DNA of 64,000 bases, taken from Takakia lepidozioides (lineage: Eukaryota; Plantae; Bryophyta). Of the stretch, positions 35,490 to 49,933 are shown one piece after another. Positions within the stretch are counted from its first letter, which is position 1; every line of letters starts with the position of its first letter. The notes under the pieces are model-generated. The model ran no database searches, was not told the DNA's origin, and was given only the letters and a program-made list of their open reading frames with translations. The translations under genes were made by a program, and so were the position numbers. Location: assembly GCA_030704615.1 (NCBI GenBank), contig CM060732.1, positions 58,590,001 through 58,654,000 on the forward strand, read 5' to 3'.

Positions 35490-38100
35490 TGCTGGCGCTC
35501 CCCGTGACCTCGTCGCTTAAGTGAAACGCAGCCATGGTGGAAGGTTTTACTTGTAGTGAGTAATTATGGGGGCGTAAAAAAACGCTAATAGTCGAATATC
35601 AAGAGCCTGATTTTGCCATTTTAGACCAGTAATCAGCCGGGTGGGTTCTGCCAGATCCTGTGACACCTTCTATGTATACGAGTCCAACACTGGTCCTCAC
35701 TCCAGACGTAAAATTGTCAACAGTGCAATTGGACATATGACACAGTATATTGATTCCATTCTTATTTAGATATTGAAATGTGGAGGACTATAAAATTAAG
35801 TGACAAATCATTATGTGGATCCTGAAAAAAATTTGGGGAATGTTATAAAATGGAAATTGGATCTCGACGTGAATCATACTCGGAATGCGTGAACAGTTGT
35901 GTGAATTCGGGAAGTGTTGGAACTACTTAGAGGTTCATTCAAAACATCGACGACTGATCACTATTAGGACCCTATCTACACAACTTAAGAACCAGGGCCG
36001 TGTTATGTCAACCACTCAAACAGAGATCAGAACTGGGCGGTGGGCTCTTGTTCTACTCGCAGCGATTGAGTTGTGAGGAGAAGTGTGGAGCACCGAGACA
36101 TCGAGGAAGTCCACACGATAACTAAGTAGTGAGTGGTGGATTGAACGAGCATAGTCAACAAGAATGGGGTGATTATAGGTATTATCGTCCAGGTTGATTG
36201 TGGCAGTCCACCTGTGATTGAACGCGCTCTTCAGTCAGCGTCTTTGTTGCTTGTGCAGTGATAGTAGGTAGTAAGTATCCGCCGCCGCCGACACACTTTT
36301 TAGTGCAAAGGTTTAGGCTACCTGCCAGTCGCAGCATGTCATTTCCATGCTTGGAGTCTGGAGTGATCTGGATTCTGGACAAGGATGCAAATATAGACAA
36401 AGTGTTTTGAAGAAGTCAATGCCAGCATGCAGATGATAAGAGGCCTTGGAGAGATGAGATGTGGAAGTGCAAAGTCGAAGATGCGGCGATGCAGCATGAC
36501 CGAGTCAACTTTGTGTGGCTTTATGAGTATTTCTGTCAGAAGTTTTATGGGTCCTCAATGCCATCACTCTCAGCACCAACTCACTACTAAAACTGCTGAT
36601 TAAGTTAAGTTTTACCCTTAAGTTCCCAAGCCCTTTTTTGACTTTTTACCAACTACTTACTAACTAATGGCTGCACTGAGTAGACGACGGATTCACAGAA
36701 AAAGAAAAAGAAGACATAAAATTCTTAAGAAAAAAAAGAAAGGGGAGGAAGTCCTACTAGTCATTTAAAAAAAAGAAAAGAAAAAAAGGCCTTCAGCAAG
36801 CCTGAGTTAGCATGCGAAGGTAACTATGAAAGAGGTCATTTTCTCCTCTCACTGTAATGAAGGGGCCTGATTTGTGAGTCGTCGCTCCCAGGTGTAATTT
36901 CCCTTTAAAAAAGAATAGAAGCCTTTCTTTATTCTGGGTTAGGGCCTGGTTATCCCCAATGTAAGTAAGCCTCATGGCCTCTTGGGTGGTTATTTTTTCC
37001 GCTCCCCGTATCAATGCATTTTGGGCTCCCTCCCTTTACCCAAAAAAAAAGACAAAAGGGACAGATAACCTTGGGGATTGCTATATCTAGGACGGGCACT
37101 AGGGGCCAAAATACCCATACATTCCTCAGGTTTATTCGTTTATTCCAATGGAAACTTATTGTTTATTTTCAAATAGGCATGTTTTTTTTTAGTAAAAGGT
37201 ATGTTGTATGGTACATGGGGTACCTCGCAGAATATGCATGGTACAACCTTCATCCATGTTCTACGTTCCAACTATGAGGAAAATCAGAAAGCAAAGCATG
37301 TTTTTAAAAAATAATAATGTAAAGGCTTGGCAGCTACAAATAGAATGGGAAGAATATGAATGGATTCTGCTGGATTTTCCCTTCCACGAAAGCGACCCAT
37401 CTCGACAAATCCCACCAAAAATTCAATGATTCCCTTTGTAACGCGTTTACCCATGTCTATCCCGTAAAGGGGCAGTGCCCACAAGGTGAGGAGTGAGAAG
37501 ACTCTTATTTCCCGGAGCTTTGAGAATATTTAGCAGAATTCCCCACATTCGAAAAAGTAGTTTGAGACCAAATGCGGAGTAGGCTACAACAAAATATGTC
37601 CGGGTTGTGAAAAACTAGCACCACCAACATGTTGGGAGCATTACCAAAAGCAACTGTGTATTCGGTCGGCTGCAAGTTTGGCGCGGAATAGTGTCCCACG
37701 TAATTGTGAGGCATTGTGGAGCCATCATCGTCGTACACAAGTAGCTCCGACAAAATTTACAGCTGTTTCCTGTTTGAATAAATGAATGAAACACAGAAGA
37801 CGGAAGGTTAGTAATTAGCAAGTGGACTAGGTCAGAAGAGGAGTAACTTAACTTAGTAACGAAGGAGAGCGATGACTTTGAAAGGCGCGTGACAAGAGTT
37901 GCCTGGAGCCTTCGTAAGCTCTTCACACTCGTGCCATCTTCCTTCCCCTCCATTACTCCCACAAATCCTTCGTGTTCACAGCATTTTGAAGTGTTGGAGC
38001 TGAAGCTACTTAGTGAGAGGAAAGAGACTGGGCAGCCTGCCTTGTCTGCAGAGGACTTCCACATGTCAGCTTGAATCGCTCGGCTGCGACCTGAAACTAG

Positions 38101-38128
38101 CCTCTCTCTCTCTCTCTCTCTCTCTCTC
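38101..38128. repeat. (CT)n microsatellite upstream of the ascorbate oxidase gene
   Basis: Direct dinucleotide repeat. Confidence 0.9.
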
Positions 38129-38285
38129 GCGGATGTTATAAAGCACCATTTCATTTCATTTCATTTCTCTCTGTATATCTCTGTCTCCCTCTCTTTCTAC
38201 TAGCCTCTATTGCTTTTCGAGAGACTTGTGGTTGCCCAAGTGTGGTGTATACACTGCGGACTGTTTTCTGCCTCCTGTTGTCACA

Positions 38286-40965
38286 ATGCGGACCCCAAGG
38301 GCGGGGTGGTTTTTAGGATGTGTGGCTATGGTAGCTTTGGTAATGCTAGCAGGGCAGGCAGAAGCAGCTCGTGTTCGTCACTATAACTGGACGGTAGATT
38401 ATTTGTTCTGGTCGCCGGACTGTGTGGAGAAGGTGATCATTGGGATTAATGGGGAGTACCCTGGACCGACTGTACAAGCAAGGGCAGGAGATACAGTAGT
38501 GGTGAAACTCAAGAATGCATTACCAACTGAGGGAGTCGTTATTCACTGGCATGGTATTCGTCAGGTACCACATTTTTTGCTGTGAAGGAACAAATTTCCC
38601 TCTCCTCTTTAGATTGTCTGCAACCGTCGAATGCTCAGCTCGTACATATATGTCCACAATGGTTGACCGGGAATCTCGAGTACGCAACATTTTCTCACAA
38701 CCTGGAGAGCTCGGCAGAGTTGTCCCGACAGGCTGTTGCATATAACATCTCGCATGCTGTGAAGTTATGTGCAAGTATATATATTTCTGCTCGAAAGATG
38801 TGGTAGAAAACATCCGTGCGTGACTTCGTCTCTTTACATGTGGATGCAGATTGGGACGCCATGGAATGATGGGACCTCATTTGTGTCGCAGTGCCCCATC
38901 AATTCGGGGGAGACATACACCTACAAATTCAAAGTGGATAGAGTGAGTGCTTAACTGCCAGTGGGCTGTTTTCAATCTCATCGGCTACTCTTGTTCTAGA
39001 TGTCGTATCACTACTGCTTGTCCCAACCTGTTTTTCGGGTATGGACTTTGACAGGAGGACGCTTCTTCTTTAATTAGAATGAGCTGTGGACAAAGTCGTG
39101 TCTCTGTATGTTCGGTTAGAACTCACGAGGCGATCGATGTTTGCAGCCCGGAACATATTTCTACCACGGACACTTCGGTATGCAACGTACAGCGGGCTTC
39201 TATGGCTCACTCATCGTAGATGTGGCCAGGGGCCAGCACGAACCCTTCAAGTATGATGGCGAGTTCAATATCAAACTAAACGACTGGTATCATAAATCCA
39301 TCTATGAACAACAAGCTGCGCTCTACAGTGTTCCGTTCCGGTGGGTCGGCGAGCCACAGGTGAGTCCTGTCTGGTTAATTCTTGTCTCTTTAGAGATTCT
39401 ATGCATGCACATTGTTGTGCCTCCTCCAGATTGTAGGCACGGGAGAGTAATGTGTAGATGCTCGAAGTGTGCTAGCTAGTATGCAGGAAATTGCAGCCTC
39501 CCTCTTTCGATCTCTGAATACGATAGTACACGTATCGATTGTGTGCAGTCCTTGCTTTTGGAGGGGCGCGGTAGCTACGATTGTTCGCGGGTGCCAACTG
39601 CTGGAGATTGTCTGACCTGTAATTCTAGCAGACCCCAGTGCTCACCCTATGTGATGACCGTGGAGCCTGGAAAGACCTACCGGTTGCGCCTTGCAAGCGT
39701 GGCTACATTATCCGCCCTCAATTTCATTCTGGAGGTATGCACGTAATGGCACTCCCTCTTTGTTGCTCCGCCCTCTCTTTCTTCAGCTGAATTTTCTCAG
39801 GAAGATGCAGAAAATGCCAGAGCGCGCAGCTCTGTGATTCTGTGGCAAGTTAGTAGGGCTCCTTAGTGAGGCTTGGTATGGTCATGGTTTGGACCACAAC
39901 GGTGCATGGGCAAGCACGTGAAAGGCAACGCTCTTGGAGAAACGTAGTTCAGACCTCGAATTGCGTGCTTTCCAAATTGTGGTTCAATGCATCTCATCTT
40001 ATCCTACTGGAATGCCGCAGGGACACAACATGACTGTAGTAGAGGCTGATTCGCACTACGTGGAACCATTCGTGGTGGATAACCTTGATCTGTATTCAGG
40101 GCAATCGTACTCTGTCCTCTTCACGGCAAATCAAGACTCCTCCCGCAACTACTGGGCAGGTGTGAATGTGAGGGGGCGAAAGCCCAATACCACAACAGGT
40201 CTTGCAATTTTGAACTACTCTCCCAACTCAGCCTCAAAGCTACCGACTAGTCCAACTCCAGTTAGCCCTGTCTGGAACAATACAGCGGTCTCCTTGGCAC
40301 AGGCTGAAAAGTACATGGTAAAGAAAGGATACGGGGAGCCAATTCCAAAGAAAGCAGATCGAACTTTGATTCTTTTGAACACTCAAAACAAGTTGGCAGG
40401 GAAGACTAAGTGGGCCGTCAACAATATCACTTACGTGCCTACCTCTACTCCCCTCCTTGCAGCTTTGAAGTACAACCTCACGAAGGCTTACGACACAACC
40501 CCTCCTCCTGATACGATCCCCTACTATAACTACTCTGCACCCCCTTCGTACCCTGAAACAAACGCTGGAAGCGGGGTCTACATCTTCAATTATGGCCAAG
40601 TGGTTGACGTCGTCCTCCAAAATGCAGCTACTCTAACTGAAGGAAATAGTGAGATCCATCCCTGGCATCTACACGGACACGATTTTTGGGTTCTGGGATA
40701 CGGCCATGGCCGGTACGAGCCTGCCACCGATCCCCAGACCTTCAACCTGGTGAATCCCCCTCTTCGCAACACGGTGGCAGTCTTTCCTTTTGGGTGGGTA
40801 GCGATCAGATATATAGCAAACAACCCGGGCGCATGGCCCTTTCACTGTCACATAGAACCTCATTTCCACATGGGTATGGGGGTCATGTTTGCGGAGGGTT
40901 TGGCTAGGCTGCCGCCAGTTCCCTCTGAAGCCCTGGGCTGTGGGCTCACCAAACAGCATCGGTAG
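38286..40965 (+). CDS. AO: L-ascorbate oxidase (multicopper oxidase), 5 exons: 38286-38564, 38850-38942, 39147-39359, 39549-39734, 40021-40965; about 571 aa
   Basis: Signal peptide; WSPDC..K..IGING.YPGP; HWHG; [10 protein letters not shown]; RWVGEPQSLL; [14 protein letters not shown]; [12 protein letters not shown]. All introns are GT-AG and keep the frame. Confidence 0.93.
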
Positions 40966-43594
40966 TAGAGTGCTTTTGATCCTAAAGATCTTACTTGTTT
41001 CTGGTGGCTGAGGATTCCACAAACAGCTGAATCCTCGGTTTAGATATCTAAACTTTGTTTGGAATGTCAACCTGAGTTTAGCTATCTAAACTCAAAAGGT
41101 AGATTCTCTAGTATCGGATCGAGCTCATCATGTATCGGAAGTTGGGTCGCAGGCCTCAAAAGTGCGTGGAGGTAGTTGTGTGTGATTGCACGCACCTGGA
41201 CGTTAATATCATTCATTCAGGGTGTTAGGAAGCTCTGAAGTACAGTTGCATTTGATCCGTCTGCTGTAGAGAATACTGTATCCCGCTCAGATTGTAATGA
41301 GGTTATCGAGAGGCGATCTCCAATACAAATGTACGTACTGGTTGAAATATCTGCGGTGCAGCTTGGAGCTGGGATAATACAAAAGGAGTCCGGGAAAACT
41401 GAGTTCTTGACTCACCAGTATTTCGGTTTGTGCTCGAGTAATCTGCACTTTGAGCCAATTCTTAAGCAGTGAAGATGACGCAAGATTTGCAAGAGAGGGT
41501 CAGCATAGATTGAGGATCATGATTACGCTGCCCTGTTCCTACCGATGACTTCGTTTATCATAGCGCAAGACTGGATCCTCAGCGTGAGACTTTCATCAGT
41601 AACCGTGCATTCTATGGTCTGAGTAAATTGCCCGAACAGATCGGTAGTACTGTACTCGTCAATTTCGTGACATTAGTCAGTATTCCGCTGACGGGAATAC
41701 TGTCATCGCACTAGGAGTGTTCAGTTCTATCTCATCATTCCCCTCTCGTTACATCACGAGCATGTTCGGATTGTTTTGTTCCATCACAATTTCCAGCGTG
41801 ATTGACCATGCTAGATGGACCACCATCGCACTAAATCAGATGCTTATTCACTCAAGAGCTTTCTGAGGAATATTCTAATAATTCGCCTACCTAGCAGCAG
41901 GGCTAGACAACAGGACCCACATCACACAGCTGCTGTGCCCAATCCTGTCTTCAAGCAGCAAAAACCACGCTCAGTTATACGATTGCCGGGTCCACAAGAA
42001 CTCGGAAAAGCTATCGGGATTCGACGGACGCTGAAGCTGTACATTCCAGGAATGTCGCTGTCTGCGCCAAAACGTTAAATGAGCAGGCTGCCGGTGGACA
42101 TTAAAGAGAACAACACAAAGACAGGACATGCTGGACGTGGTAGCCGAGATCATGACAACAATGATGCCAATGTGTGGCACATTCGCAATCGGTCCAGCTG
42201 CGAGCTTGAATATTTTCCATTGCCATGCGCGCGCGGCGCATGAATAAGGTTTCTGTCGTCTTCTGAACTAGGTGTACATAATCATGGCAGAGAATTTTCC
42301 ACATCTTCCTGTCTGCCACCGTGAAGTTGAAAGCATCAAGAGGTATTTGCTTTTAGTATCACATATTGAGACACGAAAAACAATATCGACATCCCCAGAA
42401 TACCCACCAGAGGACTTGTCATCAGCACACGTCAACGTAGGGACTAGGGACACATTTCACCAACCACAGGACAATTGCCGTCAAGAGCAGGACAATTGTT
42501 GCATCAACCTCCAACCACAAGACAGCCCACAACTCAACAATGGAGGTGTTTCACCAACCGTAGCTCGTCGACCATACATGCACAGTGATGTAGAAGAAAA
42601 CTGTTGCAGACACCTACAGAGAGCTGGGGCTCGCTGGTGCTCTTTCTGTTTGAATACACATTCTCAATGTGTCTGACGAGATGTTTCTGCAAGTGGGCCA
42701 TGCACATGAGACATGACTGTACAGTTTCGATAGTGTCTATGCAACTCTACTAAATTATGTACACGTCCAATACTCTTATGGTTGAGATCGACTAACTGGT
42801 GCATGCTGCGTTCCAAACCTTGGGGTGGAGTAGAACACTACTTTATTCTCTTTATCTTAGAACAATCAAGTCTGAACTGCAGACGCATACACCAGAGAAT
42901 GGCAAAGGAGTCTTCTCTTTCAGGCGATCTTCTCTAGTGTTTTCCCAGAAGCACATCCTCAATATTTGCCCCTTTTCCATTACATTGAAGTTGCATTGCA
43001 ACAGTACCATTCTCCTGCTTTAATAACAGAATATTATCTTCTAATTTTCTCCCTACCTCACTTCAACACTTCCAAATGGTGAGGCTGAGGCATCGCTCCC
43101 AGGGTCAAGATAATAATAATAATGAAGTATGATATGTATAGTACAGACATTTTGTACACTGGACAATGCATAACATCTGGTGACCTTTATTACCAAGTAA
43201 ACAACAACAAACCTGCACACATTCCAACGAGTCCTCCAAGGACTCTTCCTATGTCACCATGTTCCCAATGTGTTCCCAAGTTCCCACTCTCCAAGGCATT
43301 CACTCCTATTCATTGTAGTACAACTGACAATGTACCCTTGACAGTTAAGTGAAAACAACATTCTTTCTTCGATGGCCATCTTTTGACATTGGCCCTCCTT
43401 GTGACAGGATTCCATCAGCACTCCTATTTTGTTCAACAGGCTGGTTTTCACTTTACCCTTGTTTGAAGGGCAATGGATCCATCAAATTGGTGAAACTCAA
43501 ACTCAGACTATGGCACAGATTGGATCAAACAGTGAATCTTTCCCTTTCAATCCAGACAATCTGTAAAAACATGCAATGATGCCTTTGGCATCAA

Positions 43595-46500
43595 TCATTT
43601 TGGCGGCCAAGGGGCCGTGAAATAGCTGCTTTGAAGTGGACACAAAAGGCTCCCACTCCCAGTGGTCCCCAGTTGGCCTGGTGTGTGTGCTCCCACTTCT
43701 GTAATCTTATATCCTTTGTCATATGGACTCCCTGGGAATTGACTGAATGCTAGTTTGCGCAACTGCTCTGGATTAAATCTCTCCCCTTGGTCATTCTTAT
43801 CGACAGTGATGCGGTCAACCGCCCAAGCAAATGGTCTGGGAGGAAGACACACAGAGACAAAAGTTCCAGTGCAGAACTTCAAAACAACACGAACAAGAGC
43901 TTGAAGCCAGACAGGTTGTTGAGGGTACCCAAAGGCCTTGCTCAGTCGGTCATCCAGCATGGCATAGATGAGCCGGCGGGCCAGGGGCCACATTACACGT
44001 GGCAATCGGCTGAGAAAGAGGTTCACAGTCATATCAGCAATCTTGCGATTGCTATCAGCATACACCATGTGTGCCTTCTCATATTCAAACTGCATCTTCT
44101 CAAGTTCCTGGAGATACACAACTGGTCAGGACTAGAGGGTAGAGAAGTGACCCATCCTCCCCTTGTTCGCTCTCCCTCCTCAACCTCCTTCCTAAACACA
44201 GCATGATTTACCGTTTAACTATAGCCACATGTGTCAGGTTCGTGCAGTGATGGCATGTCTTCCAGTGTCATCTATGAGACTTTACATCAACACTCATCCC
44301 CTGTAACGGCACTCTGATCATTTCAGGCTGGGTTTAGGACAACTGGTTTGTAGAACCCCACCACAGGCTCTGCAAGAGTAGAACATGAATGCCACAGGGA
44401 CTAAAGCTCAAGGATGTCATAGCCAACATTTTCAGGGAAAGGTCAGTGAGATTATCTCTCAACCTGCAGGAGTAAGATTGGTGTCAGGTAGAGGGCCGCA
44501 CGACTAGTACTGGATTTATCAGCATGATGAAGTAAATGTTGAAGGTCCATGGATCTTCAAGGATTGGATAGTGGTTTGCACAACAACGGAACTCCTAGTT
44601 AAGTCTGAGCACATGCATGGTGTCGATAGCAATTGGCTATGAAAGATTTGTAGCACTTTGCCACTTCAACGCATTAGCATAACTTGTAGCCTACTTTCAC
44701 AGGGGATTCGGGTAAATGGATATGTCTCTCTCAATCCCCTGGTGCACAGAAGCCTTACAGCAACCTGAGTTGATATCTACCAGAGCCATCAGTCACAAAC
44801 CTATGGGAGTGTCGGGTCTTCTATCTCTCTCATTTCTCCCATGCCAAATTCTCTCCTTAGAACTTTCTGTTCTGGAACCTCGCTTGTACAGGGTATGATA
44901 TAAGCTACACGATACAAACTAAGTTCAGTAATTCCTAGAGATCAATATCAACAGACAATACCAGCATACCTCGTAAGTTGAGGGGATGTCCCGTATTCCC
45001 ATGCGCACACCCAAATCCCGCCATATCACAAACTCAGCAACCCTCTCAGCTCTTGTCATATCTCTGTAGCCATATCTGCCCCAGAAGGAGTCATCAGACA
45101 CTATTCCCTTCCTCCATAAAGAAAATGAATTGACTCCAAGAATATTGGTCTGCTATAATCTATATTTCTTCATCCCAAAGATTGTACTCATAAGACGTTG
45201 TTTGCCGTAGCCTTGTGGCCATTGACCCCGCGCCCAGTTTGAGCGGGAACAAAAGGGACAGAACCTACCTCTGTCAGGGGCTGACGTTGGTAGTAAGACT
45301 TACCTCCATATAAAGAATTAATCCGGGTTTTCCAGATATCCTCTAGAAATCCCTTCACACAAGCATCGATCTGCTGTGTGTGATTTGCCCAAAAACTAGG
45401 CCTCAGGAGGGCCTGGGCTTTTGGCTCAGCCTCGAAACTTTCAAAGTTGGTAAACAGGGGTACAGGCACAATTCCCTTAATAGATTTGAAGAGAGCGTCT
45501 CTTTGGTGAGAGAACCCCGGACAGTGTATCAGAAAATGAATACTGTCTTCAGATTGCCCACACAACGGGCAATTGCACTCTCCCTTTCCTCTCTGCTTCT
45601 GTTTGCTGTTCAAAGGTAGGCTTCCTGCCCTGAGTTTAAATTTCAGTCTAGTGCCGAGAGTGGGTAGACCCTTGAGGTCATCCAAGATGTCCTCCCCCAT
45701 GTCACAGACTGGAAACAAGTTCAGGGAAGTTTTCTGCCTAACTTCATTTTCATCAGACAATCTCATGGCAACAGACATGGCTGAGGACACTACAGCCTCT
45801 AAGTCAGATTTATCCAGCAGGGTCAAGACTTGCGGATCCAGGTCCAGGTCCTTGAGGATCTCTTCTACTCTCTTCTGCCAGGACTTAGCCTGTTTGACAG
45901 GGCGGTCCTGTTTCCAAGATATAGAGTCGATTAATTTAGGATATCTGGTGTTGGGCATATGTTGCAGCTGACCCCACCATCTGACCTTGAATTCATCTCG
46001 TCGGGAGCTTAAGGACGGAATGCCAAACTCACCCCGAACAGCCACATTGGCTGTTTTGGAGCATGCTGACATACACTCCTTAAGCACCCCCACTTGAATG
46101 GATTCTAGAGACTTAGCCTGGTTGGAGTTATCAACCCATATAGCAGATCCGTACTCCAAGGCAGGTCTAATAACGCGACAAAGCATGGTTTTCTTAACCT
46201 CAGAGTTGACCCCTCTGCAGTGGAAAAATTTAGTGAGCCCCAGAGCTTTGCCCTTGCCAGTTTGAACAACTTTCCGGATATGTGCATCCCAATTACAATT
46301 GGAGGAGAACTCAACGCCCAGGTAAGTGTAGGAAGGGAGGACCGGGATCTCTTGGCTACCCCACTGCCACTTAAGATCACTTCCTCCCTCTCCTCTGTCG
46401 TTGAATGCTACCACTGCACATTTGCTGACATTAGCCTCTAGCCCCCAAAGATCAAAGTATCTCTTCGCGCAATCAATCAACTCCTGGAGATTGGTTGGAG

Positions 46501-48047
46501 TCTCCCCTATGCCTGCGAAGTCATCCGCAAACATAAGGGCTGGTATGGTGGTATCACCCACCCTTAACCCAAATCCCTCACTTTCCACATCCTCGAGGAG
46601 TTGATTGATGAAAACATTGAAGAGCAGAGGGGAGAGAGTACATCCTTGAGCTACACCTTGGTCTATGTCAAAGAAGTTGGACTTCTGTCCGTTAACAGTG
46701 ACACAGCTTTTGGTGTGAGCATACAAGTTGTGGACAACTCTCCACATCTTTCCCTTGATCCCACAAGACCAGAGGCGGAACCATAGGCCATCCCTCCACA
46801 CTGTGTCATAAGCCTTTTTGACATCCCAAAGAATACAATTCGAATGGCCAGAGAGTTAGTGCTCATAGCCGGAAAGATTACTGTCGTAATGCTAATGCCA
46901 CCAACATACCCTGGTGGACTGAAGGCAACATGGAGGAAAAGAAAGCAACACAAATTAAATCAGCCTTAGGTGATTTTAGCAGCACATCAATCTTCACATT
47001 CTATCTCCATGATCAATCTGAAAAGATGCACAAGGATTATGGCAATTTCAAACTGAGTGAGTGAAGCTCCACGAGGGTAAAAGCCTTAGGGACCATGCCC
47101 TTAAAAGGCTTACAGAAAGAGGTTAATAAAAAAGGACAAGAAACTTCACTAGCAAATTACCTCTGGACCCATCGCTGAGGCTCCGAAATGAAGACCGAGA
47201 GAACATAGAGGTAGTCTTCATTCGAAATTTTGTAATGGCTATGGATAAAATTCAAGCGCTTGATAGCAAGCGACCCTCGGTCGCTGTCGACATGATGCAA
47301 GGTTGCCTCCCTCAACAGAATCTCGGTGTCATCAGCGCGCTTCACCGCTGATGCCTCAAAAGCCCCTGCCTGGTAGAATACAACCACATGGCGCATACAA
47401 GACATAGTCACCAAAAAGTCCATGGTGCCCAAAATATATTAGTAGACTTAAATCACAGTTACGCTCTATTATCTTGACAACTAAGCTGACCCTAGGTAGC
47501 AGGTGTATGATAAGGATCGGGATGCTTACTACCCATTACTACTCATTTTTCACAGAAATTCAAACGCAGTTCCGAGAAAGGAGGACTATAGCACGCATAG
47601 GTTGCCCGTCCAGAATCGCTTGAAAGGTCGAAAGCAAGACGGAGGGGGCGATGTGTGGATTCGACTTTGCTTTCTGGGGCATTGTGGCCACAGACACTTC
47701 TCCCAGATTTTGGCGAGAGAAAGACAGCTAGAGAGCTGAGTACTACTGAAGATCGAAGTGAGGTAGTGAATCGGAGAAATCATAGCCTGAGAGAGGTGTA
47801 CCTTGTAGAGAGTTTTGGATATGGAAGGGATGGCGTACGTTCGGAACAATGCAAACTCCAAAGCTGTTTGAGCCAGAAAGGGAAACTCCACGTTTTCAGT
47901 TATCCTTCTGACGAGCTGGACATTCTCGACCGGCGAAATGGATGCAATCAGACGGGATCTCTTCGACCGAAGCCAGATGCAGACTAGTTTCCATGTCAGT
48001 GCTATGCCGACAACCGCCAGCAGTATGATCTCATGCTTTTCTTCCAT
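43595..48047 (-). CDS. DUF2236 / MpaB-like (ER-bound oxygenase family) protein, 4 exons: 48047-47802, 47369-47161, 45075-44970, 44107-43595; about 357 aa
   Basis: N-terminal TM helix. Segments EFPF...ALEFALFRTYAIPSIS, KRADDT, AIKRLNFIHSHYKISNEDYLYVLSVF..EP.RW..RYG, and W...G.RMGI.DIP.TYE. Splice phases are consistent. Confidence 0.8.
45182..46821 (-). mobile_element. 5'-truncated LINE (RT plus C-terminal CCHC finger) in intron 2 of the DUF2236 gene, 11-bp TSD
   Basis: DVKKAYD, GVAQGCTLSPLLF, FADD, YTYLG and CPLC..EDSIHFLIHC in one open frame. CATCCCAAAGA at 45171-45181 and 46822-46832. Confidence 0.93.
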
Positions 48048-49059
48048 TCCAGTGTGACACTGAACCTCTCCCTTCACTCAACTCTCTCCCACTCCCTCCC
48101 TCTTAAATCGCTGGACGTTCAACTGTTGTACCTTTCTCTGACACCCACACACGACACAACAACAACAACAACAACAACAGCCAGGCTTCATCACTCCTGC
48201 AGCTGGGCTCAAGCTCTGTCCCTTTCCCTATCTCTCTCCTATCCGATCACAGTCAGTGGACAGGCAGATTTTCCAAGTGTACGGAAGATTTAGTTATTAC
48301 TATTTTTATTTTATTTATTTATTTATTCTTTTTTTATTAAAAGAGGGGAAGTAGCCCTCAGAAAAACTTTATTGATAAGGAAAAATAAGGCGAAAAAACC
48401 GACCGATGGAGCTCCGCAGTTTGCGGAAAGAGACCTCAACAGTCTCTTCGTCTCTCTCGCAGAGATTGTTGCTGGTAGGAGTCACCTTTCTCTACCTTGG
48501 ATCATCTCAAAGGGCGCAGCATCTAAAGACCTTTCCATTGAATGGCGAACTTCTTCATTTCATTACAATTTTTTTGGAATTTTCCCAAATCCCTGTTTTA
48601 TCTCATCGTGTTGTGAGCTCACTTCCAGTCTCCCCAATAATCTTTCAGTTGCTTGTCGCACTCCTTTCATCTAACCATTCTTTAAGCATAAGCTTATCCC
48701 CATCCCTTATCCCGTTCACTTATTTCCCTTAATGTCACTTCACTTAAGCGGCGCTGTCATCCCATCGCACGTCAGCTAGCCGTCTTTATTTATGACGACT
48801 GCCAACATGGTCGCCTAGGTTGCCGCCAAGTAGCAGTTGCCAAGACTTCTCGTTCTCTCTCTCTAAGTTTTAGCGCCATTGTTATGTTAGCTAACTCTGT
48901 CTTGTCTTTCGGATTCTCTCAGCGTTCCTTTCCCTCTCGCTCTGTTGTCTATCAGCTTCTTGTTTTCTTTTTATCTATAGTTGGGTTCTCTCTAGCTTTT
49001 TCCCTTTCTGTATCCTCTAAGTCTTCTTCTCAGTAGAGAGAGTGCCCGTTCTATCTCTC

Positions 49060-49790
49060 ATGGCCTCGTCAGGGAATGACTCGTTTAAGCTCAAGGGAAA
49101 AATGGAAGCTTGTTTCCCTATGGAGCTGCAGCTCCCAATGCGAAGACATCCTCAGCCTTCATCTGGGATGGGGTTCTATCTTGCTCATCAGGCTCGCACC
49201 AGGCATGATTTTCACGCACGTCAAGTAAGAGTCCCCCCCACCTCCTTCCTTCACAAGCAATCTGCCCTCCCCCACGCACTCTCTCTTTAGGCCCCCCAGT
49301 CTGGTTCGAGCTGTGATGAAGCCCCAGCCTATGGAGTCGGACAAGGACTGGTCGGACGATCCTGACCTCACTCAAGAGTTCCCGGACGAGTACTCCCCTC
49401 TAATCCCGGTGGTAGTTGAGGATCTGGAAACTCGGGTCTCTGTTCTGGAGGAGCATGGTATCTTAGCTCACTTTCCACGTAGGAAAGTTCATCGAGCTTC
49501 TGTCAGGAACTGCGCAATTCAATATTTATGGGGCTCTGAGGAGCTTAAACAGCGGTTATGTCATGACAGAAGGGTTCTTCTCCATTGCATTTGAAACTAA
49601 GGAAGCAGCAGCTCATGCTCTCATGTTTAATCCTCACACTAAGGGGTTCAATGTTAATATCTTTCCTTGGTCCTCCAAAATGGGAAACCGCAATGGAAAA
49701 AAATGGAGTCATAGAATAATCTCTATCCCCTTCATTCCGGATCAATACCTGGCTAATCTTCCAGATATAGCGAACCATTTTCCTGGGGGT
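49060..49790 (+). pseudogene. Degenerate L1-type ORF1 fragment (DUF4283-like)
   Basis: GFFSIAFETKEAAAHALMFNPH...IFPW resembles the plant LINE ORF1 RRM region. Preceded by a CT-rich leader. Confidence 0.45.
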
Positions 49791-49933
49791 GCACCAAGGT
49801 TTAATGTACCTATCACGTGCATGAACAGAAGGGGGTTTATTAAATATCCCCACATACAGATTATGTATATATAAAGGGGTTGGAAAAGTCCTAAAATATG
49901 TATATATATATATATATAGGGTTATATTACAGA

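Noticed and set aside
30340-38150. Many short ORFs and small local duplications
   Set aside because: No recognisable domains or consistent exon chain; treated as intergenic or old TE debris.
41030-42700. Small palindromes after AO and short ORFs at 41.8-42.7 kb
   Set aside because: Too short and without homology cues to support a feature.
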